From the NCBI RefSeq assembly GCF_006345805.1, contig NC_043000.1, positions 74,772,001 through 74,836,000 on the forward strand: a stretch of 64,000 bases of DNA. Reading direction: 5' to 3'. A program made the translations under genes and the position numbers. Positions 13,369 through 25,709 of the stretch are shown in pieces. The DNA is from Octopus sinensis (taxonomy: Eukaryota). Numbering within the stretch: position 1 is the first letter of the stretch; each line of letters begins with the position of its first letter. The notes beneath the pieces were generated by a model. That model was not told the DNA's origin. It searched no databases and saw only the letters and a program-made list of their open reading frames with translations.

Positions 13369-13799
13369 GGTTAGCTGAGTTAGAGGTTAAAATAACCGTC
13401 TAAAGGATAGAAGTATCCATTACACCATCGGTATATTACTTCTGTTTAATCAAGGGCATACATATGCAAACATATTATGTTCATACATTATAGGTAAAGA
13501 CAAGGATAAACATGGGTTCATCAACAATCAAAGTCTAAAACAAACAGAAAATGGAGAAGTAATGATGAACAACAAGTGATATACATCAATAAATATTTAT
13601 GATAAATATTTTTGCATATCAATGGCAATACCATACAACTTTGGAATCAGAAACAGCTGTTAGATGGGATGCAGTCTATTTGCATTGAATTGATAAATAA
13701 TAATTGATGTAAGTCAATTGTTGTTCATCAATACTTCTCCATTTTCTGTTTTCTTTATATATGTGTGTGTATATATATATATAGATAGATAGGTGGATA

Positions 13800-16405
13800 G
13801 GCACATTGAGAGGTAGGTCTCGTGAGATTGTTGAAACGCTTGAACAGAGGCGTATTGATGTGAGTTGCATTCAAAAGGTAAGGTGGAGGTAGCTTCAACC
13901 AGGTTCCTCACAGGCAAGACATATAGGTATAACATTTTCTGGGAAGGTAACAGTAATGGGGTAGGTGCTGTGAGCATATTTCTTGTAGAGAAATGGGTGG
14001 ATAAGGTCATAGAGGTAGTCAGAGTATGTAGTAGAGTACTTAAGCTCAAGCTAGTTTTGCACAATAGTACAGAGACAACTACCTCTGCCTATGCTCCACA
14101 AGTGGGTCTACCAAATGAACAAGATGACTGCCTTTATGACAATGGTCTCGTCTTCATGGCTGCGTATTTCAATGGGCATGTTGGGCAGTAGACCAGTATC
14201 TTCCATGGTGTACATGGGGGCCATGGAATTGGTTTCCAAAATGAAGAGAGGGAAAGGCCACTGCAGTTCTGTGATGCGAATAACTTATTGATCTGCAACA
14301 CCAACTTCAGGAAGCCAGCCAGCCACCTGATAACCTACCAATTGGGGGACCACACTAGCCAGATTGATTACATTCTCACCAAACAGCAGGATTCATGGTT
14401 GCTCATAAACTCTAAGACCTTCCCTGGTGAAGAATGTAACCCCCATAATAGACTAGTCATTAGTGACTTTAGACTTCAGGTCAGAATGAAGCCAAAAAGC
14501 AGACCAATCTGAAAAAGAAGGATTTGGAAGCTTAAGGACCCTTTATATGGTCAGAGATTTAGGGATACCCTAATTGAAAAATTTTACGAGAAGGAGGAGT
14601 AACTACAGGCTTGTAACATAGAGGGTAACTGAGAATTCCTATGGGACAGCTTTAACTGGTGCAAAGTCCCATTCAAACTTAGGGTGACATGGTGGTGGAA
14701 CAATGCTGTAGACTAGGCCATCAGAGAAAAGAAACAAGACTGGAAGAGTGGGAGTAGCATGGAACTGCATCAGATAACAAGAAAGGAAGCTAGGAGACAG
14801 GTATATCTAGTCAGGAGAGAAGTAGGAAAAAAAGTTTGCCTATGTTCTGCGTGAGCACCAGAGACTTCAAGTGTTTTGGATTGCAAGACAGTGTGTGAGA
14901 GAAAACCATGATGTCATAGGAGAGAAATGTGTCCACATAGATGATTGTGCACTTGCATTTAATGATTGTGCAAAGAAAGAAGCTTTGAAATACCATTATG
15001 AAAGGCTGCTAAATGTGAAGAATGAACGAGAGAAGGAGAGTCTGCCAAATGTTGACCCAGCTGAGGGACCAGCTATCCAAATCGATAGTAGCTTAGTAGA
15101 TAAAGCAATTAAGGACCTGAAGACAGGGAAAGTCCCTGGCCCATCAGGAATCTCTTCTGAGATGTTTAAAATATCTGACAGAGCAGGATATAGCCTAGTC
15201 ACTTGTATAGTTAATCAGGTTGTCATACCCAACAATTTGTGTAGCAGCATCATAGTCAATTGCTAGAAAAGCAAAGGTGAGCCTTAGACAGGAATTACAA
15301 AGGTATCAAACTGCTGGACCAGGTGATGAAAGTCACAGAAAGGATCATAGCTCAATTAATTAGAAAGAGAGTTAGTGTAGATGAGATGCAGTTCAGATTT
15401 GTGCCAGGCAAGAGCACAACTTATGCTACATTCCTTGTTAGGCAACTGCAGGAGAAATATCTAGCCAAAAATAAACCCTTTTTGTCGACATAAAGAAAGT
15501 TTTGACAGAGTCCCCTGCTCCCTTATCTGGTGGTTAATGCAGAAGATAAAGATAGAAGAGTGGTTAGTGAGAGCTGTACAAACCATATACAAGGATGCTG
15601 CCAGTATGGTGAAGGTTAGCAACCAGTATAGCAAAGAATTCAGGGTACAAGTAGGGGTTCACCAAGGATCAGTCCTCTGCCCCCTCTTGTTCATCATAGT
15701 CCTCCAGGCAATAACAGAGGGAGTTCTTCTATGCTGATTATGTTCTTGTAACCAAATCACTACCAGAACTAGAGAAGAAATTTCAGGCATGGAAGCAGGG
15801 TTTAGAATCAAAGGGCCTTAGAGTTAATCGAACAGAAACCAAAGTCTAGGTAAGTAAGAGACAAATCACAAGTCCCTTCAGGTAGATGGCTCTGCTTGAT
15901 CTGTAGAAAAGCCAAAGGTAGTAACTTCATAAGATGTACCTGGTGTAGACTATAGTCACATAGGAGATGCAGCAATATCAGAGTAAGGTTAACAGGGAAA
16001 ATTGTGGAAGGTGCACAGGTACAATAAACACTAAAAAGGTACAGAAAATAGATTCCGTCAACTTCCAGAGGGTACAAATAGAAGTAGTTGATAGCTTCTA
16101 TTACCTTGGTGACCAAGTCATAAGCAGGGGTTGATGCTCTGAGAGCTTAGCTGCTAGAATAAGAATAGGCTGGGCAAAACTCAGAGAGCTCCTGCCTCTG
16201 TCGGTAACAAAGGCCTCTTCCTCAGGATGAAAAGCAGATTGTACAATGCCTGTAGGAGAACAGCCACGCTACATGGCAGTGAAACATGGGCCGATTACAT
16301 GTGTAAGCTTGTAAGAAATGAAGCTAGCATGCTTTGGTGGATGTCCAATGTCAGTGCATGTATGACAGATTGTAAGTGTTTTGAGAGAAAAGTTGGACAT
16401 AAGAG
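13800..16405 (+). mobile_element. RTE-clade LINE, degenerate near-complete ORF (APE endonuclease, RT, C-terminus)
   Basis: SAYAPQ, FNGHVG, SQIDYIL, GVHQGSVLCPLLF, LHGSETW. Many stops and frameshifts. Confidence 0.88.
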
Positions 16406-16792
16406 GCAAAAGAGACCAAGTACTAGGCCTACAAAGAATAAGCCCTGGGGTTGATTTCTTCGACTAAAGGCAATGCTCCAGCATGGCCACAATCAAATGA
16501 CTGAAACAAGTAAAAGAGTGTATATATATATATATATATCCATGTCAAGTGAAGTCATTGTTGTAGCCGATGATAGTACCATCTGATTGGCACCTATGCT
16601 GGTGACATGTAAAAAGCACCATTCCAGCGTGATCGAGGCCAGTGCCGCCTGACTGGTCCTGTCCCAGTAGCTTGTACTGTGTCAATAGCCAGCTGGCGAA
16701 GGTGTCCTCCTGGGGCTACAAGCTACTGTAGCATCTACCCTTATATTATATATACCGTAATATTGAGGTCTCTTTCATTTTGTTGTCTTTGT

Positions 16793-17306
16793 GCAAACGA
16801 GCCCTTGCAAAACCGCTACAGCTTCTTTTTCAGAGCTTTCTTGCAAGTGGTAAGCTCCCAGTCAAATTGAAAGAGGGGGTAATATGCCCTATCCATAAGG
16901 GAGGAAGCAGAGCAGAATAGCCTACCTTCTATCTTTTAGGAAGTTGTGCAGCCACTCTTCAAGTTTTCCACCTATGCCAAGATCATGCAGTTTGTGACAG
17001 ATCATACCATGGTCGACTTTATCAAAGGCTTTTGCAAACTCGAGATATATCACATCCACACTTGAGCCATGTAGTAGCTGTTTTAACACCCAGTCATAGT
17101 GTTGCAGGAGCTGTGTTAGACAGCTTCTACCTGGTCGAAATCCATGCTGGGTGTCAGTCAGCAAGTCATTTTCTTCAAGGAACATGATTAGTTTCTTGCA
17201 GACTATTCATGATGATGTGTGGGGGAGCCACCTCCAAGGAAACACAAATAACAAGCGGTGTTCCACAGGGCACTGTCTTGGGGCCACTGCTGTTCATAGT
17301 GGCCCT
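16793..17306. mobile_element. CR1-clade LINE RT fragment with internal inversion
   Basis: 16793-16917 (+), 16922-17205 (-, QHGFRPGRSCLTQLL...AKAFDKVDH) and ~17222-17306 (+) match consecutive parts of the copy at 34380-34940. Confidence 0.8.
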
Positions 17307-18699
17307 TTCTCTCTCTCCCTCTCACTAACTCATTCACTCTCTCTCATGCACAAAAAAGATGTATGCATATGTCTTTATGGCCGAAGGTAAAGAATATGCA
17401 CACCCAGTGTTTAGGGTTAGGGTTACACCAAAAATGAGTGGTGTACATATTCTTTACCTCTCCCTATTTATGTACATGTATATGAATGATGTGTGTGAGA
17501 GAGAGAAAGAGAGAGTGAGTGACACTTACACATACATGCAAAAAATTTCATACATCACAACACACACTTTCACTCACTCTCTCTCTCTCTCTCACTCACA
17601 CCGCCCCCCTATTTCATATAACATACGTCTTTCACTTTCTCCTCTCTTTTACTTTCTCCTCCCTTTTACTTTCTCTTCTCTTTTACTTTCTCCTCTCACT
17701 TCAAAGCAAATGTTGTTTTTTCTTTATTCTCTCTTTCAATTTCTGCTCTCTTCAAAACATGAATAAATTAAAAGAACCTGATCTTCAGTATAAACTTAAA
17801 TGATAGTTTTCCCAGGAATCCTGTCCTTTACCTCTTCTTTCTAGGTGACATTTCCACACCCTTGCCATATTTTCTTCCTAAATTTCTTCCAATTCCTATG
17901 TTTGCGATAAGGGCATTAGGATTTCACCCACAAAACGCATTCTCAATATTCTCCACACCAAATTAATTTTTTTACTTTTTGCAAATGTTTTTACTTGGTA
18001 ATCCATAGAGAGAAAATAGAGTGTATGAATCTTTAAGAATTTTACTCATCATCTCACCACTTTCAAAAAGTTACACACTCACATGATTTCACTTTTAGCT
18101 TTTTGGAAAGTGGGGAAGTTTCTTCAGAAATAATGTCGTTTATCTGTTGTTTCTAGCAAGTCAGGTTTTCTGGCAGTGGTCTGCTATTTCAGTAGAATTC
18201 TACACATGCAGGAAACATCTCACAAAAGTGAAAGCGAGTAGTTGATGGGTGAGCAAGGTGGGGAAAGGAGCATTGAGTGTTTCTTTTAGAAAGATTAAAC
18301 TATAAAAAATATGTATTTCATAGATTCGTAATCTCTGTATTTTTTTATGTAGATAACAAAAACAAAGAAAAAGTTCGACACGGTTACACATTAAGAAATT
18401 GCAGTGAAGATGAGGGAAAATTCAAATTTTGAAAACCTGATTTCTCGATAAAATAATTTTAACCTCCTATATGATGAAACAATACATAGTTTGTGATCAT
18501 TCCTAAGAATAGAATGCACTTTCATGCAAGCCCATGCACATTATACCATCCCCCTTCACTTTTAAACAAACAATAACTTCTATTATGCCATTAATTATAT
18601 ATCAACTGTGCCAATTCTGCCCATAAGAAAGGAGCAAATAATACAATGTGCCGGTAGGTCATAACACCCAGGCAACACCGTGATGCATTGCTAGTATAT

Positions 18700-19212
18700 A
18701 TATATATGACTAGCCCACTATGCGTACCTTTTCCTTCTTTGGACACTAAACTCTGCTTGCGAAGACCTGTTGAGGTAAGTGAAATCAAAATCAAAATGAA
18801 ATTCGATGACTGGCATCCATGCTAGCAGGGTGCAAAGAGCACTGTACGAGTGTGATCGTTGACAGAGCGGCTAACCGGCTTCCATGCCAGTGGCACATAA
18901 AAGGTACCATTCGAGTGTGATCGTTACCAGCATCACCTTACTGGCACTCGAGCCCTGTAGCTAGTAGGGTGTTCAGAGCACCATGGCATGTGTAAAAGAT
19001 TCGAGCAAAGTTGTTGCCAGTACCGCCTGACTGCCTTCATGCCGGTGGCATGTAAAAAGCACCCACCACACTCCCGGAGTGGTTGGCATTAGGAAGGGCA
19101 TCCAGCTGTAGAAATTCTGCCAGCTTGAAGCCTGGTGCAGCCATCTGGTTTGCCAGCCCTCAGTCAAATCGTCCAACCCATGCTAGCATGGAAAGCGGAC
19201 GTCAAATGATGA
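18700..19212 (+). mobile_element. RTE 3' UTR/tail fragment
   Basis: Family tail ...ggaagggcatccagctgtagaaa...ccatgctagcatggaaagcggacgt followed by (GAT)n. Confidence 0.75.
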
Positions 19213-19219
19213 TATATGT

Positions 19220-20945
19220 AGGATTATAGCCCATCTCATTAGGGAGAAAGTCTGCTTAGATTAGATGCAGTTCAGTTTTGTGCCAGGTAGAAGCACCACT
19301 GATGCCATATTCCTGGTTTGACAACTGCAGGAGAAATACCTAACCAAAGATAAACCCCTATACTTAGCTTTCGTGGACTTGGAGAAAGCCTGTCACAGAG
19401 TCCCCCAACCCTTATCTGGTGGGCGATGCAGAAACTTGGGATTGACGAATGGTTAACAGGGGCTGTACAGGCCCTGTACAGAGAGGCTGTTAGTAAGGTT
19501 AGAATTGGCAATGAGTATAGTGAAGAATTCCAGGTAGAAGTACGGGCCCACCAAGGTTCAGCCCTCAGCCCCCTTTTATTCATCATAGTCCTCCAGGCAA
19601 TAACAGAGGAATTCAAGATGGGTTGCCCCTGGGAGCTCCTCTTTGCTGATGACCTGGCCGTCATAGCAGAATCACTACCAGAACTAGAAAAGAAATTTTG
19701 GGTGTAGAAGCAAGGTTTAGTATCAAAAGACCTTAGTCAATGTAGCAAAGACCAAAGTTCTAGTAAGTAAGAAAGCAAACTCATAATACCCCCCATCAGG
19801 TAGGTGGCCCTGCTTGATCTGTAGAAAGAGTTTAGGTAGAAACTCCATAAGATGTACTCAGTGTAAGCTATGGACACATAAGAGGTGCAGCAACATCAAA
19901 GGAAGATTAACTGAAAAGATAGTGTTCGTGTGTGGCAGATGCACAGGGGCAATAAACACCACAAATGCTCAGAAAACAGATTCCATCACACACCAGCGGA
20001 AGAAACTAGAAGTAATTGATAGCTTCCGCTACTTAGGTAACCAAGTTAATAGTGGGGATGGATGCCCACAGAGTGTTACCACTAGAATAAGAATAGCCTG
20101 AGCAAAGTTTAGAAAGCTTCTACCCTTACTAGTGACAAAAGGCCTCTTGCTCAGAGTAAAGGGTAGATTGTACGATGCATGTGTGCAAACTGACAATCTT
20201 TGCGGCAGTGAATCATGGGCCATGACTGCGGAGGATATGTGTAGGCTTGAAAGAAATGAAGCTAGCATGATCTGCTGGATGTGTAATGTCAGTGTGCACA
20301 CACGACAGAGTGTAAGCGCCCTGAGAGATATGTGAAGGAGTCCCACGCCCAAACAGGTGAAAGAATCTGGAGTAAAGGTAGACTAAGGAAGACATGGGAT
20401 TAGGTGGTCAAGCATGACCTTCGAACGTTGGGCCTCACAGAGGCAATAACGAAAGACCGAGACCTCTGGAGATATGCTGTGACTGTGAAGACCCGACAAT
20501 TCAAGTCAGTTCATGACTGTATCCTACATCAGTTTCACATAAGCAGCCCCAGCCCATTCAAAAGTATGTTGGATTGTATGGCGACTTGCTGTGCTTGAGG
20601 AGAACTATTGATTCAATTACATCAGTATCAAAATGAAAATCGAATGGAAATTGTAGTTGTGATACCCGTGCCGCTGGTACATAAACAGTACTGTCCGAAT
20701 GTGGCCTACGCCAACGCCACTTTGCCTGGCTCCTGTGCCAGTGGGATGTAAAAATCACCAACCAATTCTGACCATTGCCAGCCTCTAGGCGCCTGTACCA
20801 GAGTGGTTGACATTAGGAAGGGCATCCAGTTGTAAAAACACTGACAGATCAAACTGGAGCCTGGTGCAGCCTCCTGGCTTCCCAGAACCAGATTGAACCG
20901 TCCAACCCATGCTAGCATGAAAAATGGATGTTTAATAATGATGAT
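19220..20945 (+). mobile_element. RTE LINE, 5'-truncated (RT, PHD-like finger, 3' UTR, (GAT)n tail)
   Basis: FVDLEKA, HQGSALSPLLF, LLFADDL, CRK..NSIRCTQCKLWTHKRCS..FVCGRC. Confidence 0.9.
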
Positions 20946-21139
20946 ATATGATACATATTGTATATGATATATATATAGTGATATATGATATATGATACAT
21001 ATTGTATATGGTATATATATATATAGTGATATATGATATATGATACATATTGTATATGATATATATATAGTGATATATTTATATATTACTAGCATTAAAG
21101 ACCCGTCGTTGCCGGGTCATAGTGCTAGTGCATGTATAT

Positions 21140-21997
21140 ATCATCATCATCATCATCATCGTTTAACGTCCGCTTTCCGCGCTAGCACGGGTTGGACGGT
21201 TCGACCGGGTCTGGGAAGCCAGGGGCCGCTCCAGGCTCCAGTCTGAATCTGGCAGAGTTTCTACGGCTGGATGCCCTTCCTAACGCCAACCACTCCGTGA
21301 GTGGATTGGGTGCTTTTTACGTGCCACCTGCACAGGGGCCGGAGGGTCCGGCATCGTCACGATCGGTTCGAGCATTTTAACGTGTCAGCGGCACGGGGGC
21401 AACGAGGTCCGGGGTACTTTGGGGATCGGGGGGGGTACTTTGGGGATCGGGGTACTTTGGGGATCCGGTGGTACTTAGAATGGGTAGGGGTATGTGGAAT
21501 TGCTGCAGAAAGCAGCCCGGGTCTTTGTAGTCACAGCATATCTCCAGAGATCTCGGTCCTTCGCCATTGCCTCAGTGAGGCCCAATGCTCTGAGGTCATG
21601 CTTGACCACCTCATCCCATGTCTTCTGGGTCTACCTCTCCCCCTGATACCTTCAACTGTTTGGGAGTGGCACTTCTTCACACATCTCTCTTCATCCATCC
21701 GCAGCACATGACCATACCATCGCAAGCGTCGCTCTTGCACACCACATCTGATGCTTCTTATATCCAGCATTTCTCTCAGGATACTTACACTCTGTTTTGC
21801 GTGCACACTGACACTACACATCCAGCGGATCATGCTAGCTTCATTTCTTTCAAGTCTACGCATGTCTTCTGCAGTCACAGCCCATGTTTCATTACCGTGA
21901 AGCATGGCAGTTCGCACACATGCATCATACAATCTACCTTTTGCTCTGAGGGAGAGACCTTTTGTTGCCAGTAGGGGTAGGAGCTTTCTGAACTTTG
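21140..21997 (-). mobile_element. RTE LINE 3' fragment
   Basis: KGRLYDACVRTAMLHG.ETW, RRLRWYGHVLRM, and a (CAT)n tail at ~21141. Confidence 0.88.
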
Positions 21998-22759
21998 ATA
22001 TGTGTATATATATTTGTACATCTATATATATATATATATACATCTACACATAAAATACAAAATACAAAGTTATATCTTGATATCGCTAGTGATAACAATA
22101 CTCAAAATATATAACAGACTGGAATTGTTAGCCCATCTCTTGTAATTTCGATCAATTGTATCTTGTATAGAAGTGTGGCTACAATCCAGCCTACCTCTAC
22201 TTCTGCGGGGAGGGGTATTTTTAATTTTTTTCCGGGACGTCCTACGTCCCAGGTATAAAGGTAAAAATAAAATATTTCCACTTTGCAAGTTCGAGTCGAG
22301 TACTCCCTTGCACGCTACGTTGACTCGAACCTTGCTTCTATTGTGGCGAATTTACCTTTCATAGTCGCACCAAGACACTTTTCGAAGGTGCTTTCCTCCA
22401 TGTGTTCAAATCTTCTTTTTTCTCTGCATTGTATACTTTATAGACAATAGTCTTTTCTTTAATTTAATTTTTTATTATCCATCTGGACTATTCCATTTCT
22501 GCACGGTAATTTTATTTTTAATTTATTCCCATTCACGTGAAACCACTTATTCAAGTTCAAGTCATTGATGCAATTTTATACCAATTGCTATTTTTATTTT
22601 TGTTATGTTACGATTATATTATACTTTAGTTTGATTTTAATTATTACTTACTACATAGAATTCAATTGTTATTATTATTTTTATTGTTAAAGTGAAAGTA
22701 TCTGACATAAAATAGAGAAATGTTTTTGTTTCATTTTTAACATGTAATACTGAAATAGT

Positions 22760-23057
22760 GGATAAGATATGATATTGCTATGGGCTCGCTCTGGGCAAGA
22801 AGTTGAACATTTTTTTTGCCCATGAAACTACATGGACCCTAAGTAAGGCATGTGTAAAATTTGAACCAAGTTTTAGGGAATCGTAGTGGAGAAGATATGA
22901 TATTGCTGTGGGCTCGCCCTAGGCAAAAAGTAAGGCCTAAGTAAGGCATGTGTAAAATTTGAATGAAATTGGTTGTGTAGTTCTCAAGTTTTAGGGAAAC
23001 ACACAGACAGACAGACACACATGCTCAGTCTTATATATATATATATATATAAAGATA
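22760..23057 (+). mobile_element. Helitron/Helentron-like (Lep1/DINE-1-type) 3' remnant with short internal duplication
   Basis: tgtaaaatttgaatgaaattggttgtgtagtt...(ACAG)n...ttatatatat..agat. Blocks at ~22765 and ~22893 are duplicated. Confidence 0.45.
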
Positions 23058-23110
23058 TATGATATATATATATGTATTATGATATACATATATATATTTT
23101 TTAATTATAT

Positions 23111-23495
23111 AGGCGCTGGAGTGGCTGTGTGGTAAGTAGCTTGCTTGCCAACCACATATTTCCGGATTCAGTCCCACTGTGTGGCACTTTGGGCAAGTGT
23201 CCTCTTCTATAGCCTCAGGCCGATCAAAGCCTTGTTAATGGATTAGGTAGACAGAAACTGAAAGAAGCCTGTTGTATATATGTATGTATACGTATTTGTG
23301 TGTCTGTATTTGTCCCCCAACATCACTTGGCAACCGGTGCTGGTGTGCTTACATCCCCGTAGCTTAAAGGTTCAGCAAAAGAGACCGATAGAATAAGTAC
23401 TAGGCTTACAAAGAATAGGGTCAATTTGCTCGACTAAAGGCAGTGCGCCAGCATGATCACAGTCAAATGACTGAAACAAATAAGAGAGTGAAGAG
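23111..23495 (+). mobile_element. tRNA-derived SINE family A
   Basis: A-box tggctgtgtgg, B-box-like gattcagtccc, tail cagtcaaatgactgaaac. Near-identical copies occur elsewhere in the window. Confidence 0.88.
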
Positions 23496-23534
<39 letters not shown>

Positions 23535-23535
<1 letters not shown>

Positions 23536-23732
23536 TCTCTTTACTCTTTTGTTTCAGTTATTTGACTGTGGCCATGCTGGAGCACCGCCTTTACTCGAGC
23601 AAATCTACCCCAGGACTTATTCTTTGTAAGCCTAGTACTTATTCTATCATACTCTCTTGCCAAACTGCTAATTTGACGTAAACACACCATCATCGGTTGT
23701 CAAGTGATGTTGGGGGGGACACACAAACATGT

Positions 23733-23781
<49 letters not shown>

Positions 23782-23928
23782 TATATATATGTATATACGA
23801 CAGGCTTCTTTTAGTTTCTGTCTACCAAATCCTCTCACAAGGCTTTGGTTGTCCCAAGGGTATAGTAGAAGACACTTGCTCATGTGGTTCGTAAGCAAAC
23901 TACTTACCACACAGCCACTCCTACGCCT
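23535..23928 (-). mobile_element. SINE family A, inverted relative to the adjacent copy, with an internal deletion
   Basis: Reverse complement of the family consensus. Separated from the + copy by (TA)n. Confidence 0.88.
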
Positions 23929-23942
23929 ATATATATACACAT

Positions 23943-23973
<31 letters not shown>

Positions 23974-24098
23974 CTTATATATATATATACATACATATAT
24001 ATATATATATACATACATATATATATATATACATCATCATCATCGTTTAACGTCCGTTTTCCGCGCTAGCACGGGTTATATATATATGATATATATGA

Positions 24099-25297
24099 AT
24101 GGATGAATGTAAATACATCTTAGATAAGTATATCCGTACATTAATCAATAAATTAAAACTTAGCTTATGGTCTAATTCTTTTCAAGTTGTAGATTGGTTT
24201 ATTTCCATTGCTAGTAAGGTTAACAGTAAATTTATTCAGTTTGATATATCTAGCTTATATTCTTCAATCAACCCCATTATACTCAATAAGGCACTCTGGC
24301 ATGCACACAATAAAGCAGGTGTCTCTAGAGAGGAAATTAATGTGGTGCTGTCTGCTAGAAAATCAACTATTAAATTCGATAACAAATTGTGGGTTCGGAA
24401 GGATACTCCTAACGCATTCGATGTCCCAATGGGAAGTTCGGATTTTGCTCAAATTGTGGATTTAGTCGGCATATATTTACCTCATGAATTGGCTGACCAG
24501 TTTCCAGACATCTGTGGCGGTCTATATCATGATGATTATTTGCTTTACCACCAAAACATTTCCAATCAAAAAATACAGAAGTTTAAGTATAGGTTAGTTA
24601 CGTTTTTTTCGTAGAATGGGCTTTCACATTGTTTTTGACGATGAGGTAACTAAAGCTAACTACTTAGATATTACTCTTAATTTGCATAATAACTCATACT
24701 TCCCATACCACAAACCTTCCAGTAATCTCAAGTAGATTAGTCCATCCAGTAATCACGCTAGGACAATTACTAAGAATTTAGTTAAAACCATTTCAGTTAG
24801 ATTGTCTAAACTATCCGCCAATGTTGACATTTTTAACGACAAGGAAGAATTTTAGAACTCTGCCTTAGTTAAAGCAGGGCATAAAGAAAAAGTTACATAC
24901 ATTAATTCTGCTCAGTCTCACCCTTCATCTACTATTTGTGACAAGAAATCTAGTTGTAATAAGAAGTGATTTTAATTCTAATATTGACAAAACTAAACAT
25001 GATATAATTCCTTTACAGAGTAAGGGAGGCAACTGTTATTTAAGCCCATTTCTTGACTCTAGAGGTATTTAACCATTCTTTATAGATAGTACCTCTTACA
25101 ATTTGACTGTTACTAGGAAAACTATTTGGTTTGTTATTCTGTATTGATGGCAGATTAAATCTAATCTTCCTTTGCAGTTCCGTATAGCAGTTGGTAAGAA
25201 CTTTCCCAAAAGTTCTGATATTATTCCATTATTAATTCTCATATAGTTAGAGTTGCCTTCTCCAACACAAAGAATCTTTCGCAAATTATATCTTCTC
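24099..25297 (+). mobile_element. Penelope-like element RT/thumb fragment
   Basis: QFDISSLYSSI, FDVPMGSSD.AQIVDLVG.Y, GGLYHDD, NYLDITLNL, PYHKP, SNH. Confidence 0.85.
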
Positions 25298-25327
25298 ATA
25301 ATATATATATATATATATATATATGTG

Positions 25328-25663
25328 AAGGCGCATGGCTCAGTGGTTAGAGCGTCGAGCTTACGATCGTGAGTTTGTGAGCTCGAATCCCGGACTGGGC
25401 TGCGTGTTGTGTTCTCGAGCAAGGCACTTTATTTCACGTTGCTCCAGTTCACTCAGCTGTAGAAATGAGTTGCGACGTCACTGGTGCCAAGCTGTATCGA
25501 CCTTTGTCTTTCCCTTGGATAACACTGGTGGCGTGGAGAGGGGAGGCTGGTATGCATGGGCGACTGCTGGCCTTCCATAAACAACCTTGCCCGGACTTGT
25601 ATCTAGGAAGGTAACTTTCTAGGTGCAATCCCATGGTCATTCATGACCGAAGGGGGTCTTTAC
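25328..25663 (+). mobile_element. tRNA-derived SINE family B
   Basis: A-box tggctcagtgg, B-box gctcgaatccc, central gagcaaggcactt, 3' hairpin ggtcattcatgacc. Confidence 0.88.
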
Positions 25664-25677
25664 TTATATATATATAT

Positions 25678-25679
<2 letters not shown>

Positions 25680-25709
<30 letters not shown>

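Noticed and set aside
23668-24106. YI-repeat ORFs (also at 27492, 40605 and 42244)
   Set aside because: Translations of (TA)n microsatellites.
25328-25400. tRNA gene
   Set aside because: A/B boxes are present but run into a repeated SINE body, and no convincing cloverleaf was seen.
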